A stretch of DNA of 64,000 bases from contig OX597833.1 of assembly GCA_951406725.2 (NCBI GenBank), positions 61,752,001 through 61,816,000 of the forward strand, written 5' to 3'. This DNA comes from Octopus vulgaris. Its lineage: Eukaryota. Shown in pieces: positions 54,505 through 64,000 of this stretch. The position numbers and the translations under genes were made by a program. Positions within the stretch are counted from its first letter, which is position 1; each line of letters begins with the position of its first letter. Below the pieces are notes generated by a model. The model was given only the letters and a program-made list of their open reading frames with translations. It ran no database searches and was not told where the DNA came from.

Positions 54505-54935
54505 ATAATAATAATCAGTGAATGAAGCGGAAGATGGATTTGGCATTAGTCTTTATTCCGTGCAAGAATCGCTGGTACGGTGAGCGAACAGCAAATTGAC
54601 TGCAAGATCTCAGTATATTTATGTGATACTTCTTTATGCGTGTATGTGATTGATGTGAGTGATGTGAGTGATGTGATTGATGTGAGTGATGTGACACGGT
54701 TGGATGCATAACATCCCACCCATAAAAACAGTCGTCATACTGAATAAAGACTAATGCCAAATCCATCTTCTGCTTCGTTCATCGATTATTATTATCTCAA
54801 CTAAGACTGCGGAATACCTGAAGTAGATCCAACAGAAACATGCCCCAACCATGGATGACACCAGGTAGCCCAAACTGTGAACGTGCTTTACTCAACTCAC
54901 TAATTGACATATACCCATTAGTGCAAAAAAATGAC
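54505..54935. repeat. Fold-back (54505-54556 vs 54742-54795) in (TAA)n, with an internal 9-bp tandem repeat
   Basis: gaatgaagcggaagatggatttggcattagtctttattc is mirrored; about 5 x tgatgtga(g/t) inside. Confidence 0.75.
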
Positions 54936-56294
54936 ATACATACATACATATATATATATATGTGTGTGTGTAATATATAATAAATAAATATATATATATA
55001 CTAGCAGTAATACCCATCGTTGATTGGGTAATTATTTTTACTCTTTCTCAGGAGCCACATTCAATGTGTTATTATATATATTGAATTGCTCCTTCTGTAT
55101 GTGTGTATTTTATAAGAGAAAACATGTCATAATTACATTAGAAAAAAGACCAATTTCATACATGACCTTCTGTTTGTTTATCATATGACAGTAATAAGTG
55201 AGTTGTATGTGTTATTTTATATAATACACAAGGCTTTGGCTGGCACAGAGCCGTAATGAAAGAGAACTGTCCAACGTGCTGCACAGTGGGACTGAACCCA
55301 AAGTGCCATGGTTGGAAAACAAGCTTCTCAGCCACACAGCCATGCCTATAAAGGAATGATACCTTTTGGATAATATACTCCTTGATACGATATGCATAAC
55401 AAAAAGATGGGATGTTTATGGCGAGAGGACCTTTGCATTGCACTGGACTGGAAACGTGAAACATCTACAGGGCACTCCTATTTCTTTACTACCAACAAGG
55501 GGCCAAACACAGAGGGAACAAGCAAGGACAGACAAACGGATTAAGTCGATTACATCGACCCCAGTACGTAACTGGTACTTAATTTATCGACCCCGAAAGG
55601 ATGAAAGGCAAAGTCGACCTCGGCAGAATTTGAACTCACAACGTAACAGCAGCCGAAATACCGCAAAGCATTTCGCCCGACGTGCTAACGATTCTGCAAG
55701 CATACATACCTTTACCCAACTGCCCACACAAGCAAACATGCACACACACTCTCACATGGCCTGGGAATGTTTGGGATGGTAACATGAAGCATCAACAAGG
55801 CACCAACAAAAATTTTAATATTCTTCTCATTTCCTCTGCCAAATTGGACAAAAAGGTCTCCGTGAAATATTATACGCTACTTATAATGCATAAGTAGTGT
55901 CAATATTTTATCATCAGAAAATGACCTAAAACAAAGATAAAACCCTGTGCATTATACTCAAATCTGATTAATCTGCCCATAGTTGGTGTTGGAAATGTTT
56001 TTTAGTCAACAGTCATTTGAGAAGTCTGATTAATGTTTGTTACAAATTTGGAGGAAAATGGCTGGATACTCTTCAAGTTACAGGCTTTAATACTGCCAAA
56101 ATGGTTAAAAAATGTGGTTTATCTGCCTCTAGGCCCGCATTAGGTAAGAAGTTGAAAATTGTTTTGTCCCGTGACATTCCATGGACCCTAAGTAATGCAT
56201 ATGTAAAGTTTGAATGAAATCAGTTGGGTACTTCTTGAGTTTTTGGGATTCACACAGACAGACAGTCAGACAGATGAACGCACACACACATGTA

Positions 56295-56332
<38 letters not shown>

Positions 56333-56499
56333 GGGAGAGTTTACGAAAAAACAAAAGACGAAGACAGGTGGTGTACAAAACAAACAGATGTATTAGTATA
56401 ATGCTCAGGAATAGAAAAAGTCTTTTACGTTTCAAGCCTACGCTCTTCTACAGAAAGGAACACAGAAAAAACAAGGAGAGAAATATATATATATATATA

Positions 56500-56805
56500 C
56501 ATGAGAAGTTGAGGTTATAAGAGATAATGGTGTCATTGAGACCCGAAGGTGTCAGGTAATGCTGAATAAGTGCTATAGACAGACCATAGTTAAGTTCCAG
56601 ATTTGGTAATATTGCGAATAAAGGGTTCAACGTTGGTTCTATGTCAGTGTGTATATATAAGAATTTTTTGCATAATAAGTTTAAAAAACCAATGCTGTGT
56701 AGATATTAGAGCATTTATAGATAGAAGGTAAGACCTTCTATCCATAAATGCTCTAATATCTACACAGCCTTGGTTTTTTATCTTATTACACAAAAAATTC
56801 TTATA

Positions 56806-56810
<5 letters not shown>
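56500..56810. mobile_element. Fold-back (56652-56729 vs 56733-56810) plus tail; unfolded homologue at 62130-62340
   Basis: Mirror arms with a 3-nt loop. About 200 bp are shared with 62.1-62.3 kb. Confidence 0.75.
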
Positions 56811-56862
<52 letters not shown>

Positions 56863-56867
<5 letters not shown>

Positions 56868-57068
56868 ATCCAAACAAGAAAATACAAAAAAACACAACAA
56901 CGCGAGGATGTGGAACAAATATAGCATTATTGGACGCTCGGGAAAGAAGGGAAGAAGGAGGGTTTAACGTTTCGAGTGGAGCTCTTCGTCGGAAACATAG
57001 GAGAAGGAAAGATCCAGAGAAGGAAAGACAGAGGAAAAAAAATCGCCAACGGTACACACGAGGTCACA
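56863..57068 (-). mobile_element. (TA)n-embedded solo pseudo-LTR family with minimal hammerhead (second copy 28775-28983)
   Basis: GTTT-C(C/T)GAC(G/A)A-A-GAGYtccACTC-GAAAC(G/A)TT-AAA(C/A) at 56962-56996 and 28875-28909. Both copies are bounded by (TA)n. Confidence 0.75.
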
Positions 57069-57345
57069 TATATATATAATTGAACAGCCATGAAACGATC
57101 GTAGTGTTATATTAATAATTTTTTTTATAATTTTGATATATATTTAAATAATATAAATTAATTAATCTTATGTATTGGCTTAAGTTTTTCATTGTATGAT
57201 TTGCCTAATAGTGGTTTTATCTCTAATTTAATATAATATAATATTTTATTATAAAATTGGATTCAATCCTAAATCTGATTTTTCCCTGTAAGTTTGGATT
57301 TATTCCCTAATATTTTATTATATATATATATATACATATATATAT

Positions 57346-57382
<37 letters not shown>

Positions 57383-57438
57383 TAGATAGATAGATAAATA
57401 GATAGATAGATAGATAGATAGGTAGATAGATAGATAAT

Positions 57439-57470
<32 letters not shown>

Positions 57471-57502
57471 TAAAAAATTAGGGAATGAAGTTGATAAAAT
57501 CC

Positions 57503-57589
57503 AGCCTACATATGTTTCATAGCTAACAGAAACTCAGAAGTAGTAAATTATTTAAATGAGGTGTAGACCAGAAGCTACTCTTCAGGCCA
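57503..57589 (-). ncRNA. Hammerhead ribozyme motif
   Basis: CTGAAGA-GTAGCT...AGCTAT-GAAA-CATATG-TA. Stem I imperfect; next to (GATA)n. Confidence 0.6.
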
Positions 57590-59757
57590 AGGATCCTTTG
57601 ATTACATAAGGCTTATGTTGTCGTTAGGAGATCCTGTGTTAACTTGTTGGGGATTCGATCAAAATGTGTTGAAAGCACAATTCAAGAGGACAACATAGTT
57701 GTGAAGAAGAAATAAAAATAGAAGAAAATCTATATATGGGTGGGGGTAAGTTTATAACCAAGAAGTATATGAGTAAAGAGGGGCAAGTGGGGAGAGAAGG
57801 ATTGGTATTAAAAAATGACTGAAGAGACGTTTTTATGAATGTATACTGGGGTCATATGTACCTCTGTTGAGGGAGAGGCAAGCAATCATATTGTAGCATT
57901 CTATAAAGCCATTTAAACAGAATCAAATGGATGAAGATATAGGAGTGGTATTTAGGGTGGGGAGTGAAGGAGTGGGCGGTGGAAGATAATGTGTTTTTGG
58001 TCAAATTAGTAGAACTTAGTTTTGCCCACCCAGTTGTTAGTAGTAATTCAGTTTTGAAATCTAGGGGCGGCGAGTGAAGTGGGAGATGGTAGTAGCAGTT
58101 GAAATCTGAGATTATGTGAGTGTGTATTAGCATGCATGTATATGTTGTGCGTCTGTAGAATCTAGTAGATATGTGCACATGCGTGGATACCTGTATATTA
58201 TCATGTGCGGATGAGATGTGCAGATAGAAAAGTATGAAGGACAAGGAAAACAAGTGGAGAATCATTATCATCGTTTAACGTCCGCTTTCCATGCTAGCAT
58301 GGGTTGGATGATTTGACTGAGAACTGGCAAAACCAGATGGCTGCATCAGGCTCCAGTATGATCTGGCAGTATTTCTACAGCTGGATGCCCTTCCTAACGC
58401 CAACCACTCCGAGAGTGTAGTGGGTGCTTTTACGTGCGATCGGCACGAGGGCCAGTCAGGCGGTACTGGCAACGGCCACGCTCAAATGGTGTTTTTTAAG
58501 TGCCACCTGCACAGGAGCCAGTCCAGCGGCACTGGCAACGACCTTGCTCGAATGTTTTTTCACATGCCACCAGCACAGGTGCCAGTAAGGCGATGCTGGT
58601 AACAATGCATAACAAAAAGATGGGATGTTTATGGCGAGAGGACCTTTGATTTTAAGGCAAACACCATCAAAATTTCCTTCATTTTCCAACAGAAAATGAA
58701 ATGTGATTTCAAAACAATAGCGAAATTTTTTTTTAATTCTTTCATTAAAAATAAATCCTAAAATTTTGGCTTTTTGCGAAAAGATGTTTTTTAATCATAG
58801 TTTTAAAATATAGACAATCCGAATCTGCAATTTCTTTCTCTCTTTTACTTGTTTCAGTCATTTGACTGCAGCCATGCTGCAGCACCTCCTTTAGTGGAGC
58901 AAATCGACCCCAGGACTTATTCTTTGTAAGCCGAGTACTTATTCTATCGGTCCCTTTTGCCAAACCACTAAGTCATGGGGACGTAAACACACCAGCATCA
59001 TTTGTCAAGCGATATTGGGGGAACAAACACAGACATACAAACATATACACACATACGTATATACGACGGGCTTCTTCCAGTTTCTGTCTACCAAATCCAC
59101 TCACAAGGCTTTGGTCGGCCCGAGGCTATAGAAGACACTTGCCCAAGGTGCCACGCAGTGGGACTCAACCCGGAACCATGTGGTTGGTAAGCAAGCTACT
59201 TACCACACAGCCACTTCTAACTTTCAGGTGAAAAGGTGGTTTAAGAGTGATTTAGCTGGTGTTTGTAGCACACCCCACGACCCCCTGGTATCTTTCTCGT
59301 TTCTTTGTCACTCTAATGTGTATTGATGTTTTTCTATAATTTTTCTCCCCATAAACATTTTACAAAATGATGACGTAGTGGTTAATTGCTAGGATTTAAG
59401 AAATAACAAAAAAATTGTTATTTAAATATTTAACCCCACCCTGCATTATGTGAGTCTATATTTACTCGCAGAAAATTATGCTATTAAAATAAATTACCTT
59501 TTACTTACCTTTTTTAATCACATACACACTGGCAAATACACACACCCTGCATGAACAATATGTTTTTATAGGGAGTGAAAGCTACAACAAATACATTTAT
59601 TTAAGCCTCTAACCCCACACCGTATCAAGCGAGTCCATGTGTGTGCAAGAAAAAATATATTTTCTCACAGAAAAGTATGCTATTAAAATAAATTATCTTT
59701 TACATACCATTTTTTAAAATTACTCTTGTCACCCTAATGAAATTCCTTACAAACATG

Positions 59758-59809
<52 letters not shown>

Positions 59810-60412
59810 CTGAGAAACACACAGACACTCAGCGTGAACAATAGACTTTTGTGGTGAGTGAGAAAGTTTACCAAAAGAAAATGAAAGATGTGGACAAATA
59901 GAGATCTTTTCTGTTGTTGTTCAGATATTTTGAAATTTTAGAATTAAGTGAAGGTTTTCAAGTTTGGTGTATTGATGTACTTTTTCATGCTGAATCTGAC
60001 ATTGTGATTGACATTTTCCAGGAAAAACAACATTTTTTAGAAATATGTTACAGAGGTTTAAAGTTTGATGATTTTTACCCAATAAGAAAACAGGATTTGT
60101 ATGTAATAGGTGTCATAAAATGGCAGAAAACATTAGAAGAACAGGTTTTAAACAAAACAAAACCAAAGTGTGAGGATTATTACATATACAAAAAGAGTGT
60201 CAAAGAGGATGGTAAATCATAGAAAAAGACAGATTGTTGGTGATGGATAGAGAGTGGGAGAGTTGTCAACGGCGAAAATTATATTTTTTCTATATTGTGT
60301 ATGGATGACCTTTTCTTTGGGATGACGATTTCAAAAATCAAATTCACTTTCTTGAGGTTGCCCCATTTCTGAGCCTTTTTGTGCTAAACACACATACATA
60401 ACCACATACACT

Positions 60413-60457
<45 letters not shown>

Positions 60458-61825
60458 CCAGCCTTGCCTGGCCCTCGTGCCGGTGGCACATAAAAAGCAC
60501 CATCCGTTCGTGGCCGTTTGCCAGCTCTGGCTGGCACCAGTGCGGGTGGCACGTGTCAAAATGTGACTAAACATTCTGCCCTGTGTGTTAACGATTCTGT
60601 CAGCTTGTCAGTTTAATAATGTATCACAGTGATATCAGGGGCCTCATTGTAAAATTGCAAGAAAAGTCAATAGGCAGATATCAATAGGCAGTACTCAATA
60701 GTAATGTGTTTGGGGAGAGATGGGTATCAGGTGGTGTGGTGAGAATACACAAAGAGAAGGGGGGGGGGCAAGCAGGAAGTGTTGAAAATGGGTTAATGTG
60801 GGGCTGGAGTGGGTGAGGAATGAATAATAAAACTTCTTTTTAAATTGGTTTATATATAGATCTGCCTTTTCATTAATTTGCAATTTGGGTTGTATGCAAA
60901 TATGGGCAAAATAGGCAATTATTTAAGGCAGAGTTCTTTTTCAAGCCAAGGATTGCTTATATGTGTGTGTGTGTGGAGGCGCAATGGCCCAGTGGTTAGG
61001 GCAGCGGACTCGCGGTCGTAGGATCACTGTTTTGATTCCCAGACCGGGCATTGTGAGTGTTTATTGAGCGAAAACACCTAAAGCTCCATGAGGCTCCGGC
61101 AGGTGGGTGGTGGCGATCCCTACTGTACTCTTTCGCCACAACTTTTTCTCACTCTTTCTTCTGTTGACCTGCTTGCTTAGCCAGCAGGGTGGCGTCATTT
61201 GAAGGCTAAAACAATGCAAAGCGCATTGTGACCAGCGATGTGTTGCAACATCTGATAGCCTGGTTGGTCACGGTAATATATATATATGGAAAAGAAAAGA
61301 ATATATATATATAGCTGCAGGCTGTGTGGTAAGTAGCTTACTTACCAACCACATGGTTCCGGGTTGAGTCCCACTGCATGGCACATTGGGCTAGTATCTT
61401 CTACTATAGCCTTGAGCCAACAAAAGCCTTGTGCCTTGAGAGTGGATTTGGCAGATGGAAACTGAAAGAAGCCCGTCGTATATATATATGTATGTGTGCA
61501 TATATGTTTGTGTGTGTGTGAAATCTTTGTGTGCGTGAAATTTTGGGCATGTATCTTCTATTATAGCCTCAAGTTGACCAAAGCCTTGTGAGTGGATCTG
61601 GTTGATGGAAACTGAAAGAAGCCCATTGTATTCTTTTATTCTTTTATTTAATTCTATCATTTGGCTGTGGCTATGCTGGAGCACTGCCTTTAGTCAAACA
61701 AATTGACCCCAGGACTTATTCTTTGTAAGCCTAGTACTTATTCTATTGGTTTCTTTTGCCAAACTGCTAAGTTACAGGGATGTAAACGCACCAACGTTGG
61801 TTGTCAAGCGATGGTGGTAGGACAA

Positions 61826-61863
<38 letters not shown>

Positions 61864-62364
61864 GACAGGCTTCTTTCAGTTTCCGTCTACCAAATCCGCT
61901 CACAAGGCTTTGGTTGGCCCGAGGCTATAGCAGAAGACACTTGCCCAAGAAGCCATGCAGTGGGACTGAACCTGGAAGAATGTGGTTAGGAATTTATGTT
62001 TCTCCACTTTTCCATCTGCTTCTTTGTCTGCTCCCAAATCCTTCTTCCTGTCACCGTTGGAACCACAACCTTTGTACTCCTCAAGCTTTTCTTCAACTTC
62101 TGGATCAATGTATATATCATAGAATACAAAAGGTAATGGTGTCATTGAAACCCAAAGGTGTCAGGCAATGCTGAATAAGTGCTTTAGACAGACCATAGTT
62201 AAGTTCCAGGTTCGGTAGTTTTGCGAATAAGGGGTTCAACGTTGGTCATATGTTAGCGTATGTATATAAGAATTTTTTACGTAATGAGATAAAAAACCAA
62301 TGCTGTGTAGATATTAGAACATTTATAGATAGAAGGTCTTATAGGATACAAAATATAAGGGTAA

Positions 62365-62702
62365 AGACCCCCTTCGGTCAGGCACTGACCATGGGTTTGC
62401 ACCTAGAGAGATACCCTCTGAGGCACAAGTCTGGGCAAGGTTGTTTTATGGAAGACCAGCAGTCGCCCATGCATACCGGCCTCCCCTCTCCACGTCACCA
62501 GTGTTATCCAAGGGAAAGGCAAAGGGGCCGATACAGCTTGGCACCAGTGACGTCGCAACTCATTTCTACAGCTGAGTGAACTGGAGCAACGTGAAATAAA
62601 GTGCCTTGCTCAAGAACACAACACGCAGCCCCGTCCGGGATTCGAGTTCACAACCTCACGATCGTAAGCTCGACGCTCTAACCACTGAGCCATGCGCCTT
62701 CA
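62365..62702 (-). mobile_element. tRNA-headed SINE family E (also 17510-17837 +, 27322-27662 -, 39752-40322 +)
   Basis: ggcgcatggctcagtggttagagcg..ttcttgagcaaggcactttatttcacgttgctccagttcactcagctg..atgaccgaagggg. Confidence 0.8.
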
Positions 62703-62759
62703 AAATATATACAAAATATAGGATACAAAATATTGGATACAAAATATCTATTTCCTTAA

Positions 62760-62980
62760 CCCTTTAGCATTTAAACCGGCCATATCCAGCCAAAAGTATT
62801 CTACCTGTTTTACGTTCAAATTGGCCAGATCTGGTCTCTCACACCAGCCCTACAATATCATTTTAAAAATTAACAGCTACCTCATCAAAATCTCATAGCT
62901 ACAAGATAATGCCTAATTAGTTCAAGGCAATGTGGATAAAAAAGGATTCATTTCGGCAGAATAATGCGAACACTAAAGGG
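62760..62980. mobile_element. piggyBac-like MITE (inverted homologue of 14295-14514)
   Basis: TTAA-ccctttag...ctaaaggg-TTAA. Confidence 0.8.
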
Positions 62981-62989
62981 TTAAACTGA

Positions 62990-63315
62990 TCCCAGGATTT
63001 TTTTCCTGATGGCTTCTTTCAGCTGTTCTTCCTTCACAACCTTCACCCATTGTGCCCTTGATGCTTACAGCAGCATTTTTTCCTCCCTTCTCTCATCCAA
63101 CACAATCTTTGCCCGCACAAGGTGGTGGTCACCTTCTGTGTTGAACAGCATGTTCTACAGAGACATCTTGTAGAATATGCCTTTTATTGACCAGGATGTA
63201 GTCAATCTCATTTCAGTCCCTTGCATCTGGGGCAATCTTGGTCCATCTGTTCCTGGCCCTTTTTTTGAACAGGCTGTTGCTGATATATAACCTTTTTGAT
63301 TCTGTCAAAAGCCAT
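62990..63315 (-). mobile_element. Degenerate RTE LINE C-terminal fragment
   Basis: Reverse strand shows decayed ..RGRP..TW..VV.-like sequence. Confidence 0.45.
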
Positions 63316-64000
63316 TGTATATATGTATAAATATTTGTATAAATATGTGTGTGTGTTTATGTATAAATATGTGTGTGTATAAATATGTGTGTGTATATGT
63401 ATAAATATGTGTGTGTGTTTGTGTGTCTGTGTTTGTCCCCACACCCCCAACATCGCTTGACAACCGATGGTGGTGTGTTTACATCCCCGTAACTTAGCAG
63501 TTTGGCAAAAGAGAGGCCATTAGAATAAGTATTAGGCTCATAAAGAATAAGTCCTGGGGTTCGATTTGCGTGACTAAAAGCGGTGCTCCAGCATGGCCGC
63601 AGTCAAATGACTGAAAAGAGTAAAAGAAAAAGAAATTCTTTTTTTTTCTTTTTTACTTGTTTCAGTCATTTGACTGTGGCCATGCTGGAGCCCCGCCTTT
63701 AGTCGAGCAGATCGACCCCAGGACTTATTCTTTATAAGACCAGTACTTATTCTATCGGTCTCTTTTTGCCGAACCGCTAAGTGACGGGGACATAAACACA
63801 CCAGCATCGGTTGTCAAGCAATGCTAGGGGGACAAACACACACACATACACACATATACATATATATATACATATATACGACAGGCTTCTTTCAGTTTCC
63901 GTCTACCAAATCCACTCACAAGGCATTGGTCGGCCCGGGGCTATAGCAGCAGACGCTTGCCCAAGATGCCACGCAGTGGGACTGAACCCGGAACCATGTG

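Noticed and set aside
56448-56630. LIQHYLTPSGLN resembling a GIY-YIG C-terminal P.GLN motif
   Set aside because: Too short, and its position in the tail of a fold-back does not fit the end of an endonuclease ORF.
59914-60222. 102-aa non-repetitive ORF
   Set aside because: No recognisable motif. AT-rich and plausibly non-coding transposon interior.

Overview
Eukaryotic, AT-rich, microsatellite- and SINE-saturated DNA, almost certainly from a coleoid cephalopod (Octopus-like tRNA-derived SINE families). Nearly all ORFs in the track are microsatellite artefacts. (1) Six small + strand exons (5158-14640) splice in frame into the C-terminal, catalytically degenerate deacetylase domain of a class IIb HDAC (HDAC10-like). 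(2) A 5'-truncated Penelope-like element (PLE; RT plus GIY-YIG, 18303-20937) has an inverted pseudo-LTR and a type I hammerhead ribozyme. (3) About 20 short fold-back (long inverted repeat plus one-sided tail) elements and solo pseudo-LTRs sit in (TA)n, (CA)n or (TAA)n tracts. They belong to many unrelated families, and more than a dozen carry recognisable hammerhead motifs, several with recurrent non-canonical cores (CUGUAGA, CCGANGA, UUGAAAA). (4) There are relics of RTE, CR1-group, L1/Tx1 and R4/Dong LINEs, Helitrons, piggyBac and mariner MITEs, and at least five SINE families, some with 3' tails matching LINE ends in the same window. The most striking system is the microsatellite-targeting, ribozyme-bearing fold-back mini-PLE population. 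All calls were made by eye and element boundaries are approximate.
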